A DNA stretch of 64,000 nt from Narcine bancroftii (lineage: Eukaryota): the NCBI RefSeq assembly GCF_036971445.1, contig NC_091472.1, positions 241,428,001 through 241,492,000 on the forward strand, read 5' to 3'. Shown piece by piece: positions 1 through 11,760 of this stretch. Each line of letters opens with the position of its first letter. Position 1 is the stretch's first letter. A program made the position numbers and the translations under genes. The notes below the pieces were generated by a model. It made no database searches. It had not been told where the DNA came from and was given only the letters and a program-made list of their open reading frames with translations.

Positions 1-3000
1 AATATAAAATGGCTACGCTGAACTATATGACTCTAAATATTAATGGAATACATAACCAAATTAAAAGGAAGAAACTACTAAATTTACTGAAAAAGGAAAA
101 AATAGATATAGCATTTGTCCAAGAAACACACTTAACTGAATTGGAGCACAAGAAATTAAAGAGAGATTGGGTAGGACATGTAACAGCAGCATCGTATAAT
201 TCAAAAGCAAGAGGAGTGGCTATATTAATTAGCAAAAATGTGCCATTTAAAATAGAAGAGGAAATAATAGATCCAGCAGGGAGATATGTTATGATAAAAT
301 GTCAGATATATTCGGAGCTTTGGAATCTACTTAATATATATTCACCTAACGAAGAAGATCAAAAGTTTATGCAAGATATCTTTTTGAAGGTAGCTAATAC
401 GCAAGGGAACATACTAATAGGAGGGGATTTCAATCTGAATTTGGATCCAAATATGGATAAAACGGGGAAAAAAATTAACAGGAAGAACAAAGTAACCAAA
501 TTTATAATTAAATCAATGCAAGAAATGAAACTTGTGGACATATGGAGGAAACAAAACTCAAAAGAAAAGGAATACTCATACTACTCAACTAGACATAAAA
601 CATACTCAAGGATAGACCTATTCCTGTTATCAGCCCACATTCAAGGGAGAGTTAGGAAAACAGAATATAAAGCTAGACTATTATCGGACCACTCACCCCT
701 GTTATTGGCAATAGAGCTAGAGGACATCCCTCCAAGAATGTATAGATGGAGATTAAACCCCATGCTACTTAAAAGACAGGATTTTAGAGAATTTATTGAA
801 AAACAATTAAAAATGTACTTTGAAGTAAATACGGAATCAGTGGAAGATAAGTTTATACTATGGGACGCAATGAAAGCATTCATTAGAGGACAAATAATAA
901 GTTATGCAACCAAGATGAAGAAGGACTATAATCAGGAAACAGAGCAGTTGGAAAGGGAAATAATAAACATAGAAAAAAAATTAGCAATAAAGGAAGATAC
1001 AACCAAAAGAAGAGAACTGGCGGATAAAAAAATAAAATATGAAACATTACAAACATATAAGGTGGAGAAGAATATAATGAAGACAAAACAGAAATATTAT
1101 GAACTAGGTGAAAAAACACACAAAATCTTAGCATGGCAGCTTAAGACAGAGCAAACTAAGAAAATGGTATTGGCAACAAGGAAAAAAGAAATTAAGGAAA
1201 ACTTCAGAGAATTCTATGAACAATTATACCGAACTGAAAACGAAGGGAAAGAAGGGAAAATAGATGAATTTTTGACTAAAATTGAACTACCAAAACTACA
1301 AATAGAGGAACAAAATAAATTAACAGAACCATTTGGAACAGTAGAAATACAAGAGATAATAAAAAATTTACCAAATAATAAGACACCAGGAGAGGATGGA
1401 CTCCCAATAGAATTCTACAAAACATTTAAAGATCTAATAATACCGCCCCTCCTGGATGTAATCAACCAGATTGATGAGACACAAAACTTACCAGATTCAT
1501 GTAAAACAGCAATAATTACAGTGATACTAAAACAAGGGAAAGATCCACTCTCACCAGCGTCATATAGACCAATATCTCTGCTAAACACAGATTATAAGAT
1601 AATAGCTAAACTATTAGCAAACAGATTAGCAGAACAGGTACCGAAAATGGTAAATTTAGACCAAACTGGATTTATCAAAAAAAGACGCACAACAGACAAT
1701 ATTTGTAAATTTATTAACTTAATTCATGCAGTAGAAGGAAATAAAGCACCGGCAGTAGCAGTTGCTTTAGACGCAGAGAAGGCCTTCGACAGAGTAGAAT
1801 GGAATTACTTGTTCAAAGTATTGCAAAAATTCAGTTTACCGGAGAAGTATATTAATTGGATTAAAGCATTATATGAGGGACCGTTAGCGAAAGTGACAGT
1901 AAATGGACATGTATCAAAGCAATTTAACTTAAGTAGGTCAACGCGGCAGGGATGCCCACTATCACCATTATTGTTTGCGCTAGCTATAGAACCACTAGCA
2001 GAATCGATAAGAATAGATAATAATATAAAAGGAATAAAAATAAAAGACAGGGAATATAAAATCAGTCTATTTGCGGATGATGTGATAGTGTACTTAACAG
2101 AACCAGAACTATCAATAAAAGAACTATATAAGAAATTGAAGGAATATGGAGAAGTGTCGGGATACAAGATAAACGTAAATAAAAGTGAAGCAATGCCTAT
2201 GAATAACGCGGATTTCTCAAAATTTAAGGAGGAATCCCCATTCAGATGGCAAATGCAGGCAATAAGATACCTAGGTGTGCAAATAAACAAAAATCTAGGC
2301 CAATTATATAAACTCAATTACAATCCACTAATGAAAAAATTACAGGACGATTTAGAGCATTGGAAAGAGCTACCACTAACACTGATAGGAAGGATAAACT
2401 GTATTAAAATGAACATTTTTCCAAGGATACTATACTTATTTCAGGCATTGCCAATACAACTGACAGAAAAATTCTTCAAAGAGTTAAAGAAAATAATAAG
2501 GAGATTTTTATGGAGAGGGGGGAAACCGAGGATAGCACTAGATAAATTAACAGAATGGTATAAACAAGGAGGCTTACAATTGCCAAACTTCAAAAATTAT
2601 TATAGAGCCGCACAATTAAGGTACCTAACAAATTTTTATCAAACAAGGGAAAAACCAGACTGGACGAGACTAGAATTAGATAAAATAGGGGAAAAGATAC
2701 CTGAACACATATTATATAAATGGGACGAAAAATTGGTACAACATAGAACTTCTCCAGTATTACACCATCTCCTCAATATATGGAAGAAGATTCATGTAGA
2801 AAGAAATAAAATAAATTATCAAATACCAAAACTAATATTGACGCAAAATAAGCTACTCCCTTTTACAATAGACAACCTTTCCTTTAGAAAATGGGAAAAA
2901 AAAGGGATTAAAAGAATAGAAAATTGTTTTTCAGGAAGTAGATTCTTATCCTTTGAACAAATGAGAGATAAGTACAATATAACTGGAGATACAGCGCTGG

Positions 3001-4038
3001 CATATTACCAACTGAGATCCTACTTGAAAGATAAATTAGGAAGCAATTTGAGTTTACCAGAGGGAAGTAACCTTGAATATGTGATTACAGATACAATGTT
3101 AATCAAAAGATTTATAACAAATATGTATATCAAACTGCAAGAAAAGGAGAATGAGGAAACAAATGGTAAAACTAAACAAAAATGGGAACAAGATTTAAAT
3201 ATAAAGATAAAAAAGGAAACATGGGAGAAATTATGTTCTGGAACGATGAGAAATACAATAAATACGAGGCTGCATATGATACAATATAATTGGTTACACA
3301 GACTATACATTACACCGCAAAAGTTAAATAAATGGGACCCAACAGTATCTGATAGATGTTTTCGATGTAAAAAAGAAAGGGGAACAACAATTCATGCAAT
3401 CTGGACATGTGAGAGAGTAGAAAAATTTTGGGATGATCTCAATCAGATATTAAATAAAATAACAGAAAACAATATACCAAAGAATCCAGAGATCTTTCTC
3501 CTAAGTAACATAAAAAATAAAGAATTTGGAATTGACTTGGAAGATGCACAAAAAAGATTTGTCAAGATAGCCCTAGCCGTAGCAAAAAAATGTATTATGT
3601 CAACCTGGAAATTGGAAGATAATTTGAAAATACAACAATGGTATATAGAAATGAATAAATGTATTCCATTAGAAAAAATAACATAGTTTAAGAAATAATA
3701 TTGAAATATTCGAACAAGTATGGGAGCCTTACATTAAATACAATAGCGAAAACCTACCGGGAACAAACATTACCTAAGTTGATGGCAGGAGAAGAAAAGA
3801 AAAGAATGGACTCAGTAGAATTTCTGGTGTATTTTTGTTGAATGACAACATTGTCTGACGGAATTAATGCAACCTAGATTGTATACCTAAAATGGATGAG
3901 AGGGGGGGGGTGGGGGGGTGGCTTGGGAGGAGGGAGGGGGGAGGGAGAAAAAGTCACTGTAAATGTGTGGAAAAGAAAAAGTGTATATCATGGCTATTGT
4001 GATTTATGGTGTGAAAAATAAAAAATTTAAAAAAAAAA
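1..4038 (+). mobile_element. L1-like retrotransposon (ORF2, G-rich 3'UTR, poly(A)) in a TBCCD1 intron, antisense to the host; 5' part outside the window
   Basis: ORF2 is followed by a G-run tract at ~3899-3947, AATAAA near 4017 and an A-tail at 4029-4038. The 3' end matches the copy at 7340-7847. Confidence 0.92.
9..3686 (+). CDS. L1-clade LINE ORF2 (APE endonuclease + reverse transcriptase + C-terminal CCHC), near-intact
   Basis: 1225-aa ORF with APE motifs (LNINGI, QETH, GGDFN, SRID, SDH), RT motifs (PGEDG, YRPISLLNTDYKI, LDAEKAFD, QGCPLSP, LFADD, YLG) and C-terminal CFRC..HAIWTC. Confidence 0.95.
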   Translation: MATLNYMTLNINGIHNQIKRKKLLNLLKKEKIDIAFVQETHLTELEHKKLKRDWVGHVTAASYNSKARGVAILISKNVPFKIEEEIIDPAGRYVMIKCQIYSELWNLLNIYSPNEEDQKFMQDIFLKVANTQGNILIGGDFNLNLDPNMDKTGKKINRKNKVTKFIIKSMQEMKLVDIWRKQNSKEKEYSYYSTRHKTYSRIDLFLLSAHIQGRVRKTEYKARLLSDHSPLLLAIELEDIPPRMYRWRLNPMLLKRQDFREFIEKQLKMYFEVNTESVEDKFILWDAMKAFIRGQIISYATKMKKDYNQETEQLEREIINIEKKLAIKEDTTKRRELADKKIKYETLQTYKVEKNIMKTKQKYYELGEKTHKILAWQLKTEQTKKMVLATRKKEIKENFREFYEQLYRTENEGKEGKIDEFLTKIELPKLQIEEQNKLTEPFGTVEIQEIIKNLPNNKTPGEDGLPIEFYKTFKDLIIPPLLDVINQIDETQNLPDSCKTAIITVILKQGKDPLSPASYRPISLLNTDYKIIAKLLANRLAEQVPKMVNLDQTGFIKKRRTTDNICKFINLIHAVEGNKAPAVAVALDAEKAFDRVEWNYLFKVLQKFSLPEKYINWIKALYEGPLAKVTVNGHVSKQFNLSRSTRQGCPLSPLLFALAIEPLAESIRIDNNIKGIKIKDREYKISLFADDVIVYLTEPELSIKELYKKLKEYGEVSGYKINVNKSEAMPMNNADFSKFKEESPFRWQMQAIRYLGVQINKNLGQLYKLNYNPLMKKLQDDLEHWKELPLTLIGRINCIKMNIFPRILYLFQALPIQLTEKFFKELKKIIRRFLWRGGKPRIALDKLTEWYKQGGLQLPNFKNYYRAAQLRYLTNFYQTREKPDWTRLELDKIGEKIPEHILYKWDEKLVQHRTSPVLHHLLNIWKKIHVERNKINYQIPKLILTQNKLLPFTIDNLSFRKWEKKGIKRIENCFSGSRFLSFEQMRDKYNITGDTALAYYQLRSYLKDKLGSNLSLPEGSNLEYVITDTMLIKRFITNMYIKLQEKENEETNGKTKQKWEQDLNIKIKKETWEKLCSGTMRNTINTRLHMIQYNWLHRLYITPQKLNKWDPTVSDRCFRCKKERGTTIHAIWTCERVEKFWDDLNQILNKITENNIPKNPEIFLLSNIKNKEFGIDLEDAQKRFVKIALAVAKKCIMSTWKLEDNLKIQQWYIEMNKCIPLEKIT

Positions 4039-4238
4039 CAGACATGTTAAATGTTTTAGATTCATGATATTAGTAATTTATGATGGTTCTGCAAACAGTC
4101 CTGACAATCATTAGCTAAATTTTAAAAATGCACATTGGGCAACATATGAGTACTACTGACATACATAAAACTATTTTCAGCAAATCACTGCTTTCACTGT
4201 GGAACTAATGGTCTATTTTTAGTATATAAAGTACTAAC

Positions 4239-4736
4239 TTGCTAAGTCCTGCTTCCTTCACGGTCTTCTGCCAGCTCTGGATTTTCTGCTCTCTATGTTT
4301 TATTGCCTTTTCATAAGGCAACGGGAGTCCTCCAGGAATCTCTAGGGTATCTCCCTCCATTTCAAATGGAATCACAAATACATAAAAGTCCTTGGGTGAT
4401 AGCAGCTGATAAACCGGCATTTCATTGTTGTCCGCACCAATGCATAATGGCTTATTCCAATAATTGGGAATTGTGGCAATCCCTGTTCTAGCCATGTGAT
4501 CCTCCAACAATGGATAATAAGTATGGTACGGGGCAAATGTTAAACTTGAGTTCCCTGACATTATAAGGGGACGGGTAGTTGTGAGTGAGTAGAAAGTACA
4601 GGAAGACGATGAAGAGACTGAAAGTCTGCGGCATATGGCTATTACTTTCACATCATCACAGCCATGGATATGAATGGTTTTTTGGACAGGGCCAAGAACA
4701 AATGTGGTGTTTCTGCACTTCTCAATACTGACAGAC
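4239..4736 (-). CDS. TBCCD1: TBCC domain-containing protein 1, coding exon 5 in window (498 nt)
   Basis: SVSIEKCRNTTFVLGPVQKTIHIHGCDDVKVIAICRRL...FEMEGDT...WQKTVKEAGLSK; acceptor ctgcag, donor gttagt; phase consistent with the upstream exon. Confidence 0.93.
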
Positions 4737-4916
4737 CTGCAGAGAGAAACCAACACACATATAAGGTATATAAAACAAAAAAAGCTTCTTAATGACTATT
4801 CATCTCGCAACTATGCCACTGACTATATTAAAGAAATGAATCCTCTTCTGCAAAGCAGCATTTTCTAGCTTGGAACTGAGCAAGTTACTTGATCCAAGAT
4901 CTTAGCCGGTACTGTC

Positions 4917-5068
4917 NNNNNNNNNNNNNNNNNNNNNNNNNNNNNNNNNNNNNNNNNNNNNNNNNNNNNNNNNNNNNNNNNNNNNNNNNNNNNNNNNNNN
5001 NNNNNNNNNNNNNNNNNNNNNNNNNNNNNNNNNNNNNNNNNNNNNNNNNNNNNNNNNNNNNNNNNNNN
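4917..5068. other. Assembly gap (152 N)
   Basis: Run of N bases. Confidence 0.99.
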
Positions 5069-5427
5069 GTGTTACCATCAAGAACTCATTAAAAATAGGC
5101 TCAAACTAAATTTTACTATATTATGAATCAATGTGATCCATTCAATCAAAATGCATTCCTTGCATATTTTTATTGAGTGTACAGATGCCCTATTTAAAAT
5201 TAGGGCATGATTTTTATAAAGCACCTAAACTCAAGCTATCTCATTCCCCTATTATTTTGCTGTAAAACCTAGCTTTACATATATCTCATCACAAAGTAAA
5301 ATCATAAAATAATGCAAAGATACTAACTAATGTAATCAATAAAGTTGCTGAATGAACCATTTATTAGTTTGAATATAAACGATGTTAGTATTTCACAAAC
5401 TTTTTACTTCATAAACACGAATCTCAC

Positions 5428-5614
5428 CTTAAAGGAGATAAAAGATATATGAAACAGTCATTGCAGCGATGAATTTTAACATGAGCTCCAACTAGCTGAT
5501 CAGAGCTCTTAGCCAGGGTTTGCTTGTACACTTGTGTCATTACCACCACCTTGTGGCCTTTAGGTGCTGTGTATGTATTGCATGCAATCTTTGCTCGCTT
5601 TGTTGTTCCTTCAA
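5428..5614 (-). CDS. TBCCD1: TBCCD1 coding exon 4 (187 nt)
   Basis: (V)EGTTKRAKIACNTYTAPKGHKVVVMTQVYKQTLAKSSDQLVGAHVKIHRCNDCFIYLLSPL(R); acceptor tctaag, donor gtgaga. Not in the ORF track. Confidence 0.92.
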
Positions 5615-6875
5615 CTTAGAAAGAGAGAAAGTAGCTCAGTAACACAGAGAATAACAAGATGTGGTATAGATGTTACAAGTTAAGTGAGTAGGCGGCTAAA
5701 AGCAGCCCCACTTCAATGTTATGAGATTACAAATTCACCAGCACCATCTAAATTATAAATCTGATCAATAACTGGGTGGTAACAATGAATAGCTAGATTA
5801 ATATCTAATTAAATGTTTCTGAAATATGATTATAGTAATCTTTATACTTAATTTGATGAACACTAGAGCAATGGAATAAAGTTGAAATGGCCCACTTTAA
5901 TAGCAATGTAATGTTGCAATTTGAGTCATGACTACTGAGATATGAACTTTAGTGTTGAAAAAGATGGCATCTTTATAAATATATGTTAATTTACAGGCCT
6001 TTTGATTCACTGGAACTTTCAGGCTCCCACAGATCAATCATTCTCAGTCCTCATTTCCCAGTATCCTTGGGAATTCTCTCTCACATGAACACATATACAC
6101 AAAGAAGCCAATTAACCTCCCTCGGGGTTGTAGGATGTGAGAAAAAATTTCAGCACCCGGGGAAGCTTACTTTTCCTGGGGAGAACGGCAAACTGTGAAA
6201 ACAGCTTCTGGTCTCATGATTGAATCAAGTTCTGCCAACCTCAGGGAGAACATACAACTTCCCATGCAGCATCCAAGTTCAGAAGCAAATCTATATCCCT
6301 GGAGATTCAATTACAAACTCAGAAATTTTGCATTTTAACAGTGGCTGTGAATGATTGACACTAATTATCACTTGATCAATGTATTTTTAATTGTAATTAT
6401 TTGGCAGCTTTCTTGAACAGCACAGTGACTAAATAGGAGAGTTGGGAAGTCACTGTGAAGCCCTTCTCCTACACTTTCACACACTAGCAATGGTTCAGAG
6501 TAGGATTCACATTCACATCTTTCACATTCCAAAGAAGTCCATTGTGATAAGAAATGGAATAGAACTGAGATGGTAGAGAAAGGTAAATGATCGCAAAAAA
6601 TCTTGATATATCACTAAGATTTTCAGGAATGTGCATCTTAAGATTTTATAATTACTAAACTCATCAGCCATTTTCATGGAGTAGAGAAAATACTCAAAGA
6701 ATAATCCATATTTCAAAAAAATTAGAATGTAAGCTTACTATTCAGTTTCCAAAAACCCCATATTAAAAATAGCATCTTATCACACATGTATAAATTTATA
6801 TTTTTATCCCAATACAAAATTAGATTGCAACTAGTGTAACATTCTTATTTTCAAAATTATATCCTGGAAAATTAC

Positions 6876-7242
6876 CTTGCTGTGCCCATGCCAGTTTCTT
6901 TCCTTTTTGGAAACAGACTGCAGTGCTGAACGGATTTGATCCGAGCACACTTCTCAGCCAGGCTTCCAGTTTATGAAAATGGAACATCTTAGAGAGTTTG
7001 GAATAGCCAGTTGTGCCCAGAATTGGGAGCCAAACAGCCAGTTCATGCACAGGATAAATTACTTCATTCCGACCAATGCTTCCTTCTACGAGAAAGTTCA
7101 GGGCTTTAACTGCTTCTACAGATATCATGCTGTCGTGGGTTGTATGGGTAGAAATCGTGAGTTGCTCAGGGTCTAGCAGAAGCTCCAACAACTCTGACAG
7201 GTGACTCAGAACAAATGCTAGATGATTATGGTCATCCATATT
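6876..7242 (-). CDS. TBCCD1: TBCCD1 coding exon 3 (367 nt)
   Basis: NMDDHNHLAFVLSHLSELLELLLDPEQL...KLEAWLRSVLGSNPF...GKKLAWAQQ; acceptor atacag, donor gtaatt. Confidence 0.93.
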
Positions 7243-7339
7243 CTGTATTGTAGAAAAACAATAAATTACTTCTGAATAAACATTTCAATACTAGTTTTTT
7301 TGGTGGAATGTAAAGATTGCTGTTAAGTTGCAAGAAATT

Positions 7340-7847
7340 ATTGATTTGGAGGATGCACAAAAAAGATTTGTTAAGATAGCCCTAGCCGTAGCAAAAAAAT
7401 GTATTATGTCAACTTGGAAATTGGAAGATAATTTGAAAATACAACAATGGTATATAGAAATGAATAAATGTATTCCATTAGAAAAAATAACATATAGTTT
7501 AAGAAATAATATTGAAATATTCGAACAAGTATGGGAGCCTTACATTAAATACAATAGCGAAAACCTACCGGGGACAAACATTACCTAAGTTGATGGAAGG
7601 AGAAGAAAAGAATGGACTCAGTAGAATTTCTGGTGTATTTTTGTTGAATGACAACATTGTCTGACTGGTTTAATGCAACCTAGATTGTATACCTAAAATG
7701 GATGAGGGGGGGGGGGTGGGGGGGTGGCTTGGGAGGAGGGAGGGGGGGGGAGAAAAAGTCACTGTATATGTGTGAAAAAGAAAAAGTGTATATCATGGCT
7801 AATGTGATTTATGGTGTGAAAAATAAAAAATTTAAAAAAAAAAAAAA
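7340..7847 (+). mobile_element. 5'-truncated L1 copy with poly(A) and 15-bp TSD
   Basis: Matches ~3531-4038 with scattered differences. TSD AAGTTGCAAGAAATT at 7325-7339 and 7846-7860. Confidence 0.95.
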
Positions 7848-9473
7848 GTTGCAAGAAATTGAAATGGATGTTATAAAATAATTTAGCTTTTTTTTGGATT
7901 CTACCACAAGGTGTACTACTATGTCCTCTTCTGTGCCTTTAGTCAAAATATGGAGAAATATGTTAACAGCACAATAAATAAATTTGTCAGTTATACCAAA
8001 TTCCGTAACAAGTCCAGCTTTAAAAATAGGGCAGTAAATTACAAATGGAAGTGAATAGATGTAGGCAAGTTTGTTCAAAAATCTCACTGGAGCATGTAGT
8101 AAATTATGAAGTGTTGTGTATGATGATAGTAGATGGAAGATACAAGACGGTAATCACAGAAAACTCCTTTAAGGCTTCAAAGAGTAGCACATTTTTGGAT
8201 GCATTCTTAACAAATTAGGACCACTGTTACATGGTCATACAAAGGAGAGACTTCAGTTGGTAATTTGTTAATGCAGTTTCATTGGTCCCTTTTAAAGCAG
8301 CCTATTACGATTCTTGAGAACCATAAGTATTACAGCACAGGAAGTTGTCATTGTATCTGTGCTGTCTCTTTATAATAATAACAATGCAACAAACTATCAG
8401 GGAGCATTCGATATTTTTTCTGCCCATTTTTTAATGATGTGGGCATTGCCCAATCCTAACAGGAGAAGGAAAGCCATGATTATGATTCAATTCAGTGATT
8501 TGATGGGCATTTCATTGAGTAGTTATGGTCTGTAGTCACATCTAGACTTGAACCAATAAGGCAGCAACTTTCTTTCCCGAAAGGACATACCATGGGGGAA
8601 TTGGATTTTTACAGTAATTCAGTAGCTTTATGTAAAAGTTTGATAGGTTTAAAAAACAACAGACTTTAACTTTCATTGTGGGACTTGAACTATGATCTTG
8701 AAGTTTTTAATCTTAATTAACAATATTGTATGCTTACCATTGCACCAGCATGTCCCTGTAAAGGAAAGTGTTGATATTCACAGAAGGTATTTAGGCAATC
8801 TGATAAAATAGTTGGATATAACTTACATGAAAGTAGTGTGCTTTGGGTCTCTGAAAATGAGTAGAAAGAGAGGCTTATCCAATAATAAGCAGAGGAATCA
8901 AGTAAAACGTTTAGATGTCTGAAAGTTCAAGAGGATTTCAAAGGCAGAAAAAGATTAACTGCATGAAAAAGAGGCAATCATACCATGAAGAAATCAGAAA
9001 CAAATCATTCTGGATGATTAAAGATCTGTGAGTGAGGTGCAAGGATTCCTATACAAGAAACCTCAAGTAGACTACAAGAAGAGAGCAGAGGAAAGCATGG
9101 CCATGACTTTAAACAGTTTTAAGATCTTAGTAAAAAGCTTAAAAACAATGTCACTGGAAATTTTTTGTTTTATATTTAAATATTAAACTTAATGATGATT
9201 TGGACTTAAAATTATTGGAAGGTCTCTACCACAAAACCTGCATTCTCCTTGGGAAAGGACGATGGAAAAGGATGATCAGTATTTGATATCTGAATTTGAT
9301 ATTTGGCTTGGACCTCCCCAATCTCTGCAATTTCAGAATTTTCTTTTGGCCACTGTTGAATTTTCTACTCCAATAACATGAAAATCCAGCTCAATTCAAT
9401 GTTCACATTCACATCCAACATTTCTCCCCACCTGCCAGGTTAATAAGTCATTTTATTGGTAACACAAGCTTAC

Positions 9474-9623
9474 CTTGCTTTGAGATAGGGATTTCACATC
9501 CAAGTCAGGAGATCGTGACTTAGGACTTGGCCATTCTTCTCCAATCAAAGATGTCCGTAGAGATACTCTGTTCATCTGCTGAACGTAAAGAAACAGCAGG
9601 AACTGCAATGTGTCCACTGATAA
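9474..9623 (-). CDS. TBCCD1: TBCCD1 coding exon 2 (150 nt)
   Basis: LSVDTLQFLLFLYVQQMNRVSLRTSLIGEEWPSPKSRSPDLDVKSLSQSK; acceptor ttttcacag, donor gtaagc. Confidence 0.93.
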
Positions 9624-10487
9624 CTGTGAAAAGAGTTAAATTTGTTTTAGTGTTTTGAAATCACATTATTGATACATAATAAACCTTGAAAATTTAAAAT
9701 ATAAAATACTTTAAAGCATTGCAACCTTTAACAGAACCTATGTGCTATTAAAGTAACTGCCTTATTAAAAGCACCATGTTGAATCAAATATGTTCCACAT
9801 ACAAGGATAAAGATCTAAAAGGATCTACTTTGAAAACTTCTCAACCATTAGAGGAAATTAAAATGAGGTAATTTGAGGATAAATGGACAAATGATTAATT
9901 TCTAAGATAGTCCACTCCATAGCTTTCCATGGCTGCAAAACACCTGTCAATACTTACTTGGTCCTAAAAAAACATAATTCCAAGATTTCAGCTTCCTCAT
10001 TCAACCCTTTATTAGTTTTTATTCCTTTAGTATTGAAAATTCTTTGAAATATATTTTTATAAGCATGCATTTCTAACTGCACAGGACAACTACTGAAGCA
10101 TTTTTACAATCATTGAAAATAAGTATCACTTCACCAAAAATTATTTCCACCAAAGGTTTGCTTAGAAAAATACATCATGTAAAGATATACGGAGGAGGAT
10201 TTTAGAATCAAAGTTCTAAAAGCAAAGAAACAGGTCCTACAGCCCAACATCCATGCTTACCAAGCTAGTTCCATTTGCCTGCTTTAAAGCTATATCCATC
10301 ACCTTTTCTATCCATGTACTTGCCTATATATCCTTTAAACATTTGATGTCCCTATCACTTCCTCTGGCAGTTCATACCATATACCTATCACACACTATGT
10401 GAAGTTTTTAAAAAAAACACTTCTATAATATGCCAAAATTATCAAAAAAATTTTGAGCCATTGAATTGGGCTAGGATGAGTGAAATA

Positions 10488-11760
10488 TGAAAGTCTGCAG
10501 ATGCTGTACTAAAAACACACTGAAATGCTAGAGGAACTCAGCTAGTCTTTTCAGTGTCCATAGGAGACAAAAATATATTGCCAACGTTTCGGGCCTGAAC
10601 CCTTTTTCAGGAAAGAAGCAGAATGAGCCAGAAGCAGGAAATCTTAGAAAGTCTCAGAATTCAATGCTGGCTGGGGGAGGAATCTAGACCAACAAAAGGT
10701 ATTAATTGGATATAAGGGACGAGGTAAGAAGTTATCATGTTTGTGCAAAAGAAGGGGGAAAGACATTGTTGGAGGAAGGCAATGGGGAAATAAGTGGGGG
10801 AGGGGTGGGGTTTAATGAAAGCTACAGAAGTCAACATTAATGCCATCTGGTGCCCAGTCAAAAAATGAAGTGTGGTTCCTCTAATTTGCAGGTGGTCCCA
10901 GTCTGGCAGTGCACGAGACCATGGACACATCAGCAAGAGAATGGGATGGGGAATTGAAATGGGTGACCACTGGGAGATCCACACTATTACAGACTCAACA
11001 AAGCGATTTCCCAGTTTGCATCGTCACTCTGATGTAGAGGAGACCACAACGGGGAGCACCAGATAATCTCTACAGATTCATTTGAAAGGTTGCTTCTCTT
11101 GGAAGGATTGTTCAGGGCCCCAAATGGTGGTGGGGAAGAGGTCTGGGTGCAAGCGGAGCAGCTCCTGCAGTCACAGGGGTAGGTCCCAAGGGGACAATTG
11201 GTGGGCAGAAATGAGTGGACAAGGGAGACAGAGGGAGCATTCCCTGCAGAAGGCATAGAGGAAGGAGGGGAATATGTGTCTAGTGATGGGATCACATAGT
11301 AGGTGGCATAAATGGTGGAGGAGGACGTGTTGGATGCACTGGTGGGGTAATAGGTGAAGACAAAAGGAATCCTGTCCTTGTGTGGGGGTGGAAGGGGCCA
11401 GGGAAGATGTATAGGTAATGGAGGATATGCAGGTGAGCGCCCAGTTGATGGTGATAAAGGGAAAAGGAAAGCTGTGTTGTTTGAAGGAGGAGGACATCTC
11501 TGATATCTGGCATGGAAGTCCTTGTCCTGGGTGCAAATGCGACAAAGGCAGAGGAATTGAGAGAATGAAATAGAATCTTTAGAGGTCAGAGTAGGAAGAG
11601 GTGTAGTTGAGGTAGCTATGGGAGTTGATAGGTTTGTAGAAGATGTCTTTTGAGTTTGTTTCCTAAGATAGAGATGGAGGAAAGAGAGATGGATGCTGTG
11701 AGAGTTTGAGCTAGGATGAAAGGCTGAGAGTACTTGTCCTAACTCCTTAAAATGCATTTA
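10488..11760 (-). mobile_element. Decayed Penelope-like element (RT C-terminal and GIY-YIG region plus terminal repeat)
   Basis: KDSISFSQFLCLCRICTQDKDFH, DRIPFVFTYYP and GTYPCDCRSCSAC resemble Penelope-type ORFs. Terminal segment with a hammerhead-like core at 10578-10611. Confidence 0.75.

Noticed and set aside
9-3686. RT ORF as a retron, DGR or domesticated gene
   Set aside because: APE-RT-CCHC architecture, poly(A) tail and a TSD-flanked sibling identify an ordinary L1-clade element.
4889-5092. ORF spanning the N run
   Set aside because: Artefact of the assembly gap.
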